Shown in pieces: positions 8,879-19,390 of a DNA stretch of 32,000 bases. Location of the stretch: positions 75,966-107,965 of the forward strand of contig CAKOHW010000001.1 of NCBI GenBank assembly GCA_934086185.1, given 5' to 3'. This stretch comes from an uncultured Bacilli bacterium. Its GTDB lineage: Bacteria > Bacillota_I > Bacilli_A > RF39 > UBA660. The position numbers were made by a program, and so were the translations under genes. Below the pieces are notes generated by a model. The model saw nothing but the letters and a program-made list of their open reading frames with translations. It did no database searches and was not told the origin of the DNA. Numbering within the stretch: position 1 is the stretch's first letter; each line of letters opens with the position of its first letter.

Positions 8879-10312
8879 TTACTCTTTAGTTTTCTTTAAG
8901 ACTACTACTCCTCTTTTTTTACAACTGTCTTTTCCTTCTGGGCACGTTTTTAATACTTCACATGATGGCCCAAAAGATTTAGATACTAGAGGGGTTACAT
9001 TTGAAGCTAATCTTACCATTTCTTTAACAATATTTCTTATTTCCCATTGTGCTTTATTGCATGTACGCATTCTGCTAATCCATTCTAATGCTCTAGCGTT
9101 TAATGTTGTTGATACATTTAAACAATTCCCAGATAAATAAAAATATACTAAGTCTTCATCTCGAACACCTTGTTCCTTAAAATAATCTACTAATATTTTG
9201 TTATTTTCAAATATTTCTTTGTATTTTAATTCATGGGTTTTCTTTATACTTTCTGGCATTACATAATTATTTAAATTATTTAAAGGACAAAAATCAGGTA
9301 TCATAAGTGATTGCATTCTATGTCTAGTTAAATGTGTTAATACTGCAAGTGATATAGGAAATTCAAACTTATACATTACACATTCTAATTCTCTTTGATC
9401 TTTTTTATTTATTATTGCATCCATAAGTTTATCTTTTATATCTTTATCTACTCTTATCAATTCATATAAAAGAATACTTGCTTCTTCATATGATATGTCA
9501 TATCTATTTTGTAAAGTGCTGACTAATACTTTAAAATCTCCATTTTCTGTATAGTCTAATAAAGTTACTTTATCTATACTTTCTTCGTTACCTTTTAATT
9601 CATTATTATTAACATATTTATCTACAAAAGATAAATTATCTTTATAATAATCTTTGTTTTCTTCTTTTTTAAATTCTTCACTTAAGTATGGAGCATATTC
9701 TAATATTTTATTTTTTAATTTTGTAGCAAATTCTTTAACTTCAGTTATATTACTGTTTTTTCCATATAATAAATCACAAGTCATACGAATTAGTTCGTGA
9801 GCATCACATCCCATAATAATATTGGAATGGTATGAATATGGCAAAATAAATCTAGCATCTTCTATTGGGATTCCTTCATCATTTAATTCTCCATATTTAT
9901 TAAATAAACTTTGCATGTAATTATTATAGATGTTTTTTAATTTTTCATTATTATGTAAAACATTACCATTTTTATCTTTAAAATCTGGTGTATAAAAACC
10001 TGCATTTCTAAAATCTACATTACGTCTTGATTTTATTGTAAATGATGTTAATCTATAACTAATTATAATTTGTTCTATTATAGGTGTAACATCTTCTATT
10101 GCAAAAACTAAATAATCATGTTCTAATATAGATTTATGACCAGAATTTAAAATAAGTTTTATTAACTTTAAATTTTTTTCATAATCATTTCTACTATTAT
10201 AAACCTCTGTTACTGTTCCGTTTGCTCTTGATAAATTACCTGCTGATGCAACTATTTTTACTCTATTTTCTACTTCATCTTTAGTAGAATTACCTAGCAT
10301 TAATACTTTCAT
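8879..10312 (-). CDS. thyX: tandem (fused double) ThyX-like FAD-dependent thymidylate synthase
   Basis: Two ThyX-like halves. The N-half has SILEHDYLVFAIEDVTPIIEQIIISYRLTSFTIKSRR (RHR degenerated to SYR, S....S.R retained) and EDARFILPY. The C-half has HLTRHRMQSL (RHR..S) and ARALEWISRMRTCNKAQWEIRN. It is about twice the normal ThyX length. Confidence 0.65.
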   Translation of the reverse strand: MKVLMLGNSTKDEVENRVKIVASAGNLSRANGTVTEVYNSRNDYEKNLKLIKLILNSGHKSILEHDYLVFAIEDVTPIIEQIIISYRLTSFTIKSRRNVDFRNAGFYTPDFKDKNGNVLHNNEKLKNIYNNYMQSLFNKYGELNDEGIPIEDARFILPYSYHSNIIMGCDAHELIRMTCDLLYGKNSNITEVKEFATKLKNKILEYAPYLSEEFKKEENKDYYKDNLSFVDKYVNNNELKGNEESIDKVTLLDYTENGDFKVLVSTLQNRYDISYEEASILLYELIRVDKDIKDKLMDAIINKKDQRELECVMYKFEFPISLAVLTHLTRHRMQSLMIPDFCPLNNLNNYVMPESIKKTHELKYKEIFENNKILVDYFKEQGVRDEDLVYFYLSGNCLNVSTTLNARALEWISRMRTCNKAQWEIRNIVKEMVRLASNVTPLVSKSFGPSCEVLKTCPEGKDSCKKRGVVVLKKTKE

Positions 10313-10398
10313 AATAAATTCTCCTTCATTTTTTTCTAGAATTTATTATAACAAATATATTAATTATTTAAGTTATTTTTTACATTTTTTTACACTTT

Positions 10399-11502
10399 TT
10401 ATTCTATTTTTTCAGTATCACTAATTATTTCATTAGTTACTACAAAAACTTCTAATGTTATTTTGTTATTATTTATATTTTTATTTAATATTTTAGTATT
10501 TATAATTTTACCTTTTTTAGATAATTTAGTATTAAATTTATTAGTTAATTCATCTATTCCTTTTTTGATACTATCAGTTTCATTATATTTTTGAGGTATA
10601 AGTTTATATTCTTTTTCCTTATATAATTTAAATATTTTATTTTTAAATATATATTTTTTATCATAGTTAGTATATTTAGTTTTTCTTAATATTTTATTTT
10701 TAATACATATATTAAGTCTATTTTTTTTAGTATATACTTTTTTATAGTATGTTCTTTTTATTTCAATATTCGTTTTATACCAAACATTTCCATATACTAT
10801 TCCAGATGCACATGTAGTACCTGCTACTTCTTCATTTAAATAAATATTTCCATTTATTAATATATCTCCTTTTTTTACAAAGTCATTGTTTTTTACTAAT
10901 ATTTCTCCAGAAGTTGCATATATGTTTGTTATTAATGCGTCTTTTTTAGATATTATGTTACAATTTTTATTTTCTTTTTTTATTTCAGTTAATATTCTTT
11001 CCTCTACTCTTACTATATAAGTCATTCCAACATTAGTAATACTAATCCATTCTAAATCTTCTTTGTTATTTTCTAATATTTTATTTTTAATATTATCTAA
11101 TTCATTAAAATTTTTTTTAATACTATATTTTTTTATTCCATTATTTATTAATTCTTCATATACTAAATCCCTTACATTTTTATTACTGTGTATTACATTA
11201 ACTTTTAAAATAATATTAGAAATAAAATATAAACCTAGTAAACATAATATAAAAGTTAATATTAAATATTTTAAAGTATACAGTTTCTTAATAAAATTGT
11301 CTTTACCTAATAATTTATATATTTCTATTTTAGAAAAATAATTGTATATTTTAATATTCTCATAATCATTTTTATCTATTTTTACTATAATAGAATTAGT
11401 ATTAATATATCTTATACTATATAAATTTATATTATATTTTTTACATTTATCTATAAACCTTTTTATGTTATCTTCTACTTTGATTAATATATATTTATTC
11501 AT
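10399..11502 (-). CDS. yqfD: sporulation protein YqfD
   Basis: ~370 aa with one TM helix after a ~90-aa N-domain (LILTFILCLLGLYFISNIIL). It immediately follows and overlaps a YqfC-like ORF by 8 nt (11495-11502), which is the canonical yqfC-yqfD pair. Confidence 0.7.
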   Translation of the reverse strand: MNKYILIKVEDNIKRFIDKCKKYNINLYSIRYINTNSIIVKIDKNDYENIKIYNYFSKIEIYKLLGKDNFIKKLYTLKYLILTFILCLLGLYFISNIILKVNVIHSNKNVRDLVYEELINNGIKKYSIKKNFNELDNIKNKILENNKEDLEWISITNVGMTYIVRVEERILTEIKKENKNCNIISKKDALITNIYATSGEILVKNNDFVKKGDILINGNIYLNEEVAGTTCASGIVYGNVWYKTNIEIKRTYYKKVYTKKNRLNICIKNKILRKTKYTNYDKKYIFKNKIFKLYKEKEYKLIPQKYNETDSIKKGIDELTNKFNTKLSKKGKIINTKILNKNINNNKITLEVFVVTNEIISDTEKIE

Positions 11503-11734
11503 ATACTTTCTCCAAATTAATTATGTTACCTTTTATTAATAACTCATCTTTTTCCATTTTTGTAATTAATAAATCATTGCCTTTTATATTTAATTTTAAA
11601 TTATTAAATTTTAAACTTATATATGTATCTGTAAATTTTATAATATCTTTATAATTATAAATATATATATAATTAGAATATAAAATAATGTAATATTCTT
11701 CTTTTTTTAAGTAATTTCTAAATATTTCTAACAT
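11495..11734 (-). CDS. yqfC: sporulation protein YqfC (YabP/YqfC family)
   Basis: 79 aa with a beta-rich repeat pattern (ISLKFNNLKLNIKGNDLLITKMEKDELLIKGNIINLE). Position is upstream of yqfD. Confidence 0.65.
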   Translation of the reverse strand: MLEIFRNYLKKEEYYIILYSNYIYIYNYKDIIKFTDTYISLKFNNLKLNIKGNDLLITKMEKDELLIKGNIINLEKVYE

Positions 11735-11859
11735 TATTATTCACCATTAAATTATATGAAATAAGTTATTATTTAACTATTAAATTTTAATATATTAATT
11801 GTTTTTCTAGTTTAATCATGTTAATATATAATATATAAGAATAGAAAGTAAGTGATATA

Positions 11860-13491
11860 GTGAATAATATTTTAATTAAAATTAGTTCTAATTTACTTAC
11901 TTTTTCATTAACTAAAAAAAATAATGAAGACTTGAATAATACTAATATTATTAGTACTAAAGAATTATATTTTGATTTAGATTATATAAAAGATAATATA
12001 GAATTAGTAAGTAGTTTTTTAAATACTATAATAATTAAAAATAATATTGATAAAGTTAGAATAGATAATATAATTATTGTGTGTTTAGTATTAGATTTAG
12101 TTAATAATAGTAATATTAAAAAAATACTTATTAGCGAAAATAAATCTATAAATTATGATATATTTTTAAAATTACTTAATAATCAAAATTTAGAATATTT
12201 AAATTGTTATGATATACCTCCTTTCTTATTTGAAAGATTAAATGTAAATAATACTAATTTAAAAATTGATGTTAGAAGTGAAATATTTTTCTTAAGTAAA
12301 TTTATGGAAGATAATAAATTATATAAATATTCTGATATATATTATAAAAAGAATATAGTTATTAATAGTAATTTTAATCCTCAAGAGTTAGAAGACTTTA
12401 AAACATTTATGAGAATAAATAATTGTTTAAAAGAAATACATATTAAAAATTATACTAATGATTTAATTTATTCTATTATAGATATATTTAAAGAGAATAA
12501 TATTAAAGATAAAATTATAGTATTTTATGAAAATAAAAATATAAATATTATAGTTAATTCTATAAATTATTTAAAAAATATTTATAAAGATTATTTAGAG
12601 AGTAATAATATAGATTTTAAAATTGTTTATTCTAAAGAATATAAAAGAAAAAATATGTTTAAACAAATAAATTTTGTTACTTTAAAATATATATGTTTTG
12701 TACTTATTAGTGGTGCTTTAGTATTTTCTGGATTTGATTTTTATAAAAATTATTCTGCTAAGAAGAAAGTTGATGATATAAATAATTCATTAACAGATAT
12801 TTTAGATGATTTTGAATATACTGATGATACTGAAACTAGTGATGTTGAATATATAGATACAGTAGAAAATGAACAAGCAAATAATATTAATTATAATAGT
12901 AATTATTTAGATTCTTATTATGCTACTTATTCTAAAATGTTTGAAGAATTATCAAATATTAATGATGAAACTGTTGGTTGGATAACTGTTAATAAAACTA
13001 AAGTTAATTATCCTGTTGTACAACATACTGATAATAATTACTATTTGAAACATGATTTTAAAAAGAATAATAATGCTTATGGTTGGATTTTTATGGATTA
13101 TAGAAATAATATATATAATATGAGTGATAATACTATACTTTATGGACATAATTCTGTTAAAGATGCAATGATGTTTGGTTCTTTAAGATATACAACTAAT
13201 GAATCTTGGTATAAAAATTCTGAAAATCAAATTATTACGTTTAATACTAAAGTTAAAAATATGAAATGGAGAATATTTTCTATTTATAGAATACCTGTTA
13301 CAAATGATTATTTATATGCTAACTTTGCTGATAGAAATGAATATCAAACTTTCTTAAATACTTTAAAAGGAAGAAGTATATATGATTTTGGAGTTGAAGT
13401 TAATAGTGATGATCATATATTAACTCTTTCTACTTGTGGAACAAGTGTTGCACAAAGAATGGTTATTCATGCAGTATTGATAAAAGAATAA
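11860..13491 (+). CDS. srtB: class B sortase with ~260-aa N-terminal extension and TM anchor
   Basis: The C-terminal ~200 aa read VGWITVNKTKVNYPVVQHTDNNYYLKHDF...ILYGHN...LTLSTC, with catalytic His and TLSTC Cys. TM helix is YICFVLISGALVFSGFDFY. The start codon is GTG. Confidence 0.72.
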   Translation: MNNILIKISSNLLTFSLTKKNNEDLNNTNIISTKELYFDLDYIKDNIELVSSFLNTIIIKNNIDKVRIDNIIIVCLVLDLVNNSNIKKILISENKSINYDIFLKLLNNQNLEYLNCYDIPPFLFERLNVNNTNLKIDVRSEIFFLSKFMEDNKLYKYSDIYYKKNIVINSNFNPQELEDFKTFMRINNCLKEIHIKNYTNDLIYSIIDIFKENNIKDKIIVFYENKNINIIVNSINYLKNIYKDYLESNNIDFKIVYSKEYKRKNMFKQINFVTLKYICFVLISGALVFSGFDFYKNYSAKKKVDDINNSLTDILDDFEYTDDTETSDVEYIDTVENEQANNINYNSNYLDSYYATYSKMFEELSNINDETVGWITVNKTKVNYPVVQHTDNNYYLKHDFKKNNNAYGWIFMDYRNNIYNMSDNTILYGHNSVKDAMMFGSLRYTTNESWYKNSENQIITFNTKVKNMKWRIFSIYRIPVTNDYLYANFADRNEYQTFLNTLKGRSIYDFGVEVNSDDHILTLSTCGTSVAQRMVIHAVLIKE

Positions 13492-13538
13492 AATGTGTTA
13501 ATAATACTTACATGTTGCAAGTTATTAATAGCACATTT
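13491..13538. terminator. bidirectional terminator-like hairpin between convergent genes
   Basis: aaatgtgttaataa ... ttattaa(tag)cacattt form two 7-bp stem segments with a 3-nt bulge, followed by a T-run. It sits between the sortase stop and the stop of the minus-strand 107-aa ORF. Confidence 0.45.
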
Positions 13539-13862
13539 TTATTTGAATAATTTTTCTAATACTTTGCCTACGTTTTTTAAGCCCTTGTTTAAAACTTTAT
13601 CAATTCCGTCTGATATGTTATAACCTAAATTACTAAATGTATTTCTGTAGTTAGTATCATCTTCTATATATTTTTTTATATCTATATTATTACCGTTTTT
13701 TACATCACTTTCAAATTCTTTTCTCTTTTCTTCTGTTAAAATGCTTTTTTTACTTGCTATATTATAGTAACCTAAATTATCTAGTATATATAAAGATATA
13801 TAAATAATGAAAGTTATCATTAAAACTTTTAAAAAATAGTTTGGTTTCTTTTTTTCTTCCAT
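13539..13862 (-). CDS. small membrane-anchored protein, function unknown
   Basis: 107 aa with a single N-terminal TM helix (FLKVLMITFIIYISLYIL). It lies directly downstream of spoIIP. Confidence 0.4.
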   Translation of the reverse strand: MEEKKKPNYFLKVLMITFIIYISLYILDNLGYYNIASKKSILTEEKRKEFESDVKNGNNIDIKKYIEDDTNYRNTFSNLGYNISDGIDKVLNKGLKNVGKVLEKLFK

Positions 13863-13877
13863 AATAATTTCCTTTCA

Positions 13878-14744
13878 TTAATTTTCATCTATATATTGTT
13901 TTATTGCTAGTGATAATACATCTATTGTGTTAGATATACTTGTAAATGTACTTTCTGGTCCACCAATTTCTATTAATACACAATTTTTATTGAAATCTTG
14001 ATTATATTTATAGCCCCTTGTAAATATTCCTTTGCTAATTGATTTATTAATATTTTCTATATTTTTTATTAAAGTATTAACTACTTTTAGATTTTCACTG
14101 TAGTCATGTCCAGTACCTACTACAAACATTATTTTTGCATAATCTTTTCCATCAACAGTTATATTACTATATTTGTATTCTGGACTATCTCTATGTAAAT
14201 CTATATATAAATCTAAATTATTTAATCCTAAATTTTCTAACCAATTTCTAGATACTGAGTAGGAATCATTATAATTATAACCTAATCTATTTAATTCTTC
14301 TTTCATATTACTTTCTTCTACAATAGCATTTATTCCTAAAGTATTTAATTTATCTTTTAATACATAAGCAGCTGTTAAAACTGTTGGAGTTAAATTATAT
14401 GGCTCTAATGTTTTATATTCTTCTGTTTGATGAGTATTGTAAATATATACTTTGGGATTACCATTAGTATTATTATATTCTTGTTTTTTTATTACTTTTT
14501 TATCTATTTTTATTTTGTCTAATTTATTTAAACTAATATTTAATAAGTAGTTACCTTTTATATCTAAATCTATGTCATGTATTTTATTTAATGATGTATC
14601 ACTAAAGTATTCAATTATTTTAGAGTTATGTAGAAAGTTTATTTTATTTAAAAAATAAGCACATAAAAAAGATATTGTAAGTAATTTTATTATTTTTGTT
14701 AATGTTCTTGTATTAACTTTTTTACTTTTAAATATCTTTTTCAT
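13878..14744 (-). CDS. spoIIP: stage II sporulation protein P (SpoIIP) family
   Basis: N-terminal anchor, then VYIYNTHQTEEY and YIDLHRDS. These match the IYHTH..E.Y / iD.HRD signatures of SpoIIP as I recall them. Confidence 0.68.
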   Translation of the reverse strand: MKKIFKSKKVNTRTLTKIIKLLTISFLCAYFLNKINFLHNSKIIEYFSDTSLNKIHDIDLDIKGNYLLNISLNKLDKIKIDKKVIKKQEYNNTNGNPKVYIYNTHQTEEYKTLEPYNLTPTVLTAAYVLKDKLNTLGINAIVEESNMKEELNRLGYNYNDSYSVSRNWLENLGLNNLDLYIDLHRDSPEYKYSNITVDGKDYAKIMFVVGTGHDYSENLKVVNTLIKNIENINKSISKGIFTRGYKYNQDFNKNCVLIEIGGPESTFTSISNTIDVLSLAIKQYIDEN

Positions 14745-14799
14745 ATTATCACCATATATATATTAATATATATGATTTAAAAACATTGTTTATTTTTGT

Positions 14800-17700
14800 C
14801 TAGAATAAACTTAATTGACTTGATTCTGGTAAATCTTTAAGTATTCCTAAAAGTCTCATTTTTTCTATTGCCGATGTATTAACTTTTCCTCTATTTTGTA
14901 AGTCTTCTATACTTATATATTTACCTTTTTCTCTTTCAAGAGTAATTTGATTACAAACTTGTGCTCCTAAACCATCTAATGCTCTAAATGGCAATATTAA
15001 ACTCTTATTATCTTCATCAACTAAGAAATATCTACTATGTGATTTTTCTATATTAATATTTTTAAATGTAAAACCTCTCGCAGTCATTTCTAGACAAACA
15101 TTTAATACATCTAAAGTATTACTTTCTTTATTTGTGATATCGTAACCTTTTGCTTGTAATTCTTCTATTTTTGCTCGTATTGCTGTTTCTCCTTTTATCA
15201 TTGAATCTACATCAAAATCATCACATCTTATTGAGAAATAAGCTGCATAATACCATAATGGATGATGTACTTTAAAGTATGCGATTCTAAATGCACTTAT
15301 TACATATGCTGCAGCATGGGCTTTAGGGAACATGTATTTTATTTTTCTACATGAATCTATAAACCACTCTTCTATTCCTGCATCACGCATTTCTTTGTCC
15401 CACATTTTCCAAGTTTCTGGATCTTTACTAGCTTTTCCTTTTCTTACAAATTCCATTATTTTAAATGCTTTTTTGGGTTCTAATCCATGATACATTAAGT
15501 AAACCATTATATCGTCACGACATCCTATAACATCTTTGAAATCTACAATATTATTTCTAATAAGTTCTTGTGCATTTCCAAGCCATACATCTGTTCCGTG
15601 TGACAAACCAGATATTTTTATCAATTCTGAAAATGTTGTTGGTTTTGTGTCCATAAGCATTCCGATTACGAATTTTGTACCAAATTCTGGTACTCCTAGT
15701 GTTCCAGTTTGACACATTATTCTTTCGCTATCAACACCTAATGGCTCTGGTGATGAAAATATTCCCATAGTTGCTTTATCATCTAACGGTACTTTTGTAA
15801 CATCCATTCCAGATAAATCTTGTAACATTCTTAATACAGTTGGATCATCGTGTCCAAGAATATCTAGTTTTAATACATCTTGATCTATTGCATGGTAATC
15901 AAAGTGTGTAGTTCTCCAAGCACTTTCTGGATCATCGGCAGGGAATTGGAATGGTGTAAAATCGAATACATCCATGTAACCAGGTATAACAACTATGCCT
16001 CCTGGGTGTTGTCCTGTGGTTCTTTTAATTCCTGTACATCCCATTGCTAATCTTTCTATTTCAACATTTCTTAGATTTATTCCTTTATCTTCACAATAGC
16101 CTTTAACGAATCCAAATGCTGTTTTTTCGGCTACAGTTCCTATTGTTCCTGCTCTATATACATTGTCTACACCGAATAATACTTTTGTATATTCATGTGC
16201 ACTTGCTTGATTATCTCCTGAAAAGTTAAGATCGATATCTGGAACTTTGTCAGCGTTAAATCCTAAGAAAGTAGCGAATGGCATATCTTGTCCTTCTTTA
16301 CTAAATGGTATATGACAATTAGGACATTCTTTATCTGGTAAATCATATCCACTTGAATATTCACTACCCAAACTTCTTCCATCATCAAATGTAAATATAC
16401 TTTTTTTACATTCATGGCATATGTAATGTGCTGGTAATGGATTTACTTCAGTTATACCCATCATTGTTGCGACAAATGAAGATCCTACACTACCACGTGA
16501 ACCAACTAAGTAGCCATCATCATTTGAATGTTTAACAAGTTTTTGGGCAATTAAATAAATAACGTCAAAGCCTCCACCTATTATTCCACCTAAACTTTTT
16601 TTAGTTTCTTTATTTAATTCTTCATCAGTTAATTCATTATTTTTTTCTTTAATACTCTCTTTTGTGATTTCAAAAACTTTATCGTAACCTTCTTTAATAA
16701 TTTTACTCAAAGTTTCATAAAATTTGTCTTCAAAATCATTTTCATTTAAATCTGGAAATTCTAATTTAACTAAATTTTTTATTAGTGCTAATATTCCGTC
16801 TCCATATAGCTCTTGAGCAATTCTACTTTCAATATTTCTAGGAAGTGGATTTCCATATAAACTATATGCTTTATCATAAACTAAGTTATAAACTTCAGTT
16901 CTTGAATCACCCATTTTTGGAGAGAACGGTATACCACCTGTTTCAATTATTACTTCTATTATTTCAACACTATCCGCTATTTTTTTAGGATTATCAATAA
17001 CTAATTCATGTGCTAAATCTTCTCCTAAAAATTTAAAATCTTCTAACATTTCATTAGTTGTTCTAAAATGGTTTTCTGGTATATGTGTAATATTCGTTCT
17101 GCTTAATGGATGTCTTCCACCTCCAGGTACTTTTTGGTTAATAATTATCTCTCTATATATTTTGTCTTCTCTATTTAAATAATGTACATCTCCTGTTGCT
17201 ATAATAATTTTACCTTGGTCTTTTGTACACTCTATTATTTTTTTGATATTTTCTTCTAGTTCAAATTCATTTAAGAAATCTCCTTGATCGATTAAATGTG
17301 TATAACAATCTTTAGGTTGTACTTCTACATAATCATAGAAATCTATTAAAGAACGTAGTTCATCATCACCTTTATTTCTTGCTTCTATGAATACTTCAGA
17401 TTCATAACAACCACTACCAATTAATAAACCATCTCTTAATTCTTCTATTTTACTTCTTAAAATTCTTGGTGTCTTATATAGATATGTAGTATTTGCATAA
17501 CTTATTATTTTAAATAGATTTTTTAAACCAGTTTTATTTTGAACAAGTATATTTATATGATATGTTCTACCATATTTATGAATTTCTTTTTGACTTACAA
17601 GATTATTTAATTCATTAACATTTTTAAATTGTCTGCTTCTTAATTTATTAATCATTTTAGCAAGTACATATGCTGTCCCTTCAGCATCGTAGTCTGCTCT

Positions 17701-19335
17701 ATGATGAGCTGTTTCATCCCATGGTACATCATATCTTTTTACTAATGCAGATAAACCATGTTTAGAATATTCTGGATCTAATGCACGAGACAATTCTAAT
17801 GTATCAATTACACAATTAGTAAATTCTCCTAGGTTATATTTTTCATAACACATTTTTAAGAATGCTGTATCGAATTTTGCGTTATGTGCTACCATTGGAT
17901 AATCTTTAAACCATTCGATAAATCTTTTAACAACAGTTTCTTCATCATCTTTACCTTTTAACATATCGTCTGTGATATTAGTAACTTCAATTATTTTATA
18001 TGGTAAAGGTCTTTTTGGATCTATCAATTCATCAAATCTATCAATTATTTCACCATTTTTTATTAAAACTGCTCCGATTTCAATAATAGAGTCTGCTCCA
18101 CCGGCATTAAAACCAGTTGTTTCTAAATCGAATACACAATATGTAGTTTCTAATAAGTCTTTATCTATAGGTCTTGTTACAATTCTTATTGTGTCATCAA
18201 CCATTGTTAATTCACAACCATAAATTGCTTTGAATTTATCTTTTTCTTCTTTTCCCTTATTATAATCTGTTACGAAATGATATACTTCTGGAAAAGATTG
18301 TGCTCCATTATGGTCTGTTATGCCTATTGCTTTATGTCCCCATTTTGTAGCAGTTTTAAGTAGACTTTTAGCACTTGCGCATCCATCCATTTGACTCATC
18401 ATTGTATGTGCATGAAGTTCGATACGTTTTTCTTCGCTTTCATCTTTAACAGAAACATCTTTACTTGGAATTTCTTCCATATCTCTTATATTTAAAACCA
18501 TATCATGGGCGAATTGATCATTTTTTACATATCCTCTAATTTTATACCAATTACCAGTTGTTATTGATTTAGTTATTTTTTTAAATTCATCTTCATCTTT
18601 TGAAAATATCTTTGCTAAAATACTATCTGTTTTATCACTTACTTTTAGAGTTAATATTTTAAAATTACTTTTAGTAGATTCAAATATATCTATTCCAAAT
18701 ACATATGCTTCTACAGTTATATTATTATCTTCACCAATAATAGTATCTATTGTACTTATTTTACTTTTTATAGTTTCCCCCATTATTACTGTATTTTTAG
18801 TTTCTTCAGTTTTTACTATTTCTACTTTAGTTTCTTTTATTTCTTTTTTTACTTCTGCTTTTAATTCTTCATTATAAATACAATTTATTGTTAGATTACC
18901 AATTCCTAATTTTTCTAATTCTGCTAATATTTTTTTACTTTCTTTTTTTAGAAGTTCTTCTTCTACATTACTTATTACTTCTATATTTATAACATTATTA
19001 TCAACAGTTATTTTATTATTAATAATACTTGATAATGCTGGTGAAACTTTAATTAATTCAGTTAAAAAATATTTAAAATAACTTATAATATCTTCATTTG
19101 TTATGTTATTATTTTTAAAATAAATATTTATTGTTGATACATTATCTATACCTTTTTTTGATATATTAATTAAGTTCATTGCATCTTCTACATTTATAGT
19201 TTTATCATTTTCTATAAATACACTCCAAGAGGAATTTAATTTATTTATAGAAACTTTTATTATTTTAGAAGACTTAAATAGTCCAATATCTGGAAAATTT
19301 ATTTTGTTTAAAAATCTAGTTAACTTCTCATCCAT
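14800..19335 (-). CDS. polC: DNA polymerase III alpha subunit, PolC type
   Basis: 1511 aa. PHP domain (ELHAHTMMSQMDG), inserted DnaQ-like 3'-5' exonuclease (YCVFDLETTGF...HNAKFDTAFL...HHRADYDAE), zinc finger (CHECKK...CPNC), and polymerase core (PDIDLNF, GVPEFGT). Confidence 0.97.
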   Translation of the reverse strand: MDEKLTRFLNKINFPDIGLFKSSKIIKVSINKLNSSWSVFIENDKTINVEDAMNLINISKKGIDNVSTINIYFKNNNITNEDIISYFKYFLTELIKVSPALSSIINNKITVDNNVINIEVISNVEEELLKKESKKILAELEKLGIGNLTINCIYNEELKAEVKKEIKETKVEIVKTEETKNTVIMGETIKSKISTIDTIIGEDNNITVEAYVFGIDIFESTKSNFKILTLKVSDKTDSILAKIFSKDEDEFKKITKSITTGNWYKIRGYVKNDQFAHDMVLNIRDMEEIPSKDVSVKDESEEKRIELHAHTMMSQMDGCASAKSLLKTATKWGHKAIGITDHNGAQSFPEVYHFVTDYNKGKEEKDKFKAIYGCELTMVDDTIRIVTRPIDKDLLETTYCVFDLETTGFNAGGADSIIEIGAVLIKNGEIIDRFDELIDPKRPLPYKIIEVTNITDDMLKGKDDEETVVKRFIEWFKDYPMVAHNAKFDTAFLKMCYEKYNLGEFTNCVIDTLELSRALDPEYSKHGLSALVKRYDVPWDETAHHRADYDAEGTAYVLAKMINKLRSRQFKNVNELNNLVSQKEIHKYGRTYHINILVQNKTGLKNLFKIISYANTTYLYKTPRILRSKIEELRDGLLIGSGCYESEVFIEARNKGDDELRSLIDFYDYVEVQPKDCYTHLIDQGDFLNEFELEENIKKIIECTKDQGKIIIATGDVHYLNREDKIYREIIINQKVPGGGRHPLSRTNITHIPENHFRTTNEMLEDFKFLGEDLAHELVIDNPKKIADSVEIIEVIIETGGIPFSPKMGDSRTEVYNLVYDKAYSLYGNPLPRNIESRIAQELYGDGILALIKNLVKLEFPDLNENDFEDKFYETLSKIIKEGYDKVFEITKESIKEKNNELTDEELNKETKKSLGGIIGGGFDVIYLIAQKLVKHSNDDGYLVGSRGSVGSSFVATMMGITEVNPLPAHYICHECKKSIFTFDDGRSLGSEYSSGYDLPDKECPNCHIPFSKEGQDMPFATFLGFNADKVPDIDLNFSGDNQASAHEYTKVLFGVDNVYRAGTIGTVAEKTAFGFVKGYCEDKGINLRNVEIERLAMGCTGIKRTTGQHPGGIVVIPGYMDVFDFTPFQFPADDPESAWRTTHFDYHAIDQDVLKLDILGHDDPTVLRMLQDLSGMDVTKVPLDDKATMGIFSSPEPLGVDSERIMCQTGTLGVPEFGTKFVIGMLMDTKPTTFSELIKISGLSHGTDVWLGNAQELIRNNIVDFKDVIGCRDDIMVYLMYHGLEPKKAFKIMEFVRKGKASKDPETWKMWDKEMRDAGIEEWFIDSCRKIKYMFPKAHAAAYVISAFRIAYFKVHHPLWYYAAYFSIRCDDFDVDSMIKGETAIRAKIEELQAKGYDITNKESNTLDVLNVCLEMTARGFTFKNINIEKSHSRYFLVDEDNKSLILPFRALDGLGAQVCNQITLEREKGKYISIEDLQNRGKVNTSAIEKMRLLGILKDLPESSQLSLF

Positions 19336-19362
19336 AATTGCCTCACTTATTCCACTTAATAT

Positions 19363-19390
19363 ATTATATCAAATAAGATTGAAGTAACAA
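19363..19390 (-). promoter_or_regulatory. candidate sigmaA promoter of polC
   Basis: Minus strand TTGTTA-16 nt-TATAAT with a TG extension (ttTGaTATAAT). It lies ~28 nt upstream of the gtgagg SD and polC ATG. Confidence 0.45.
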
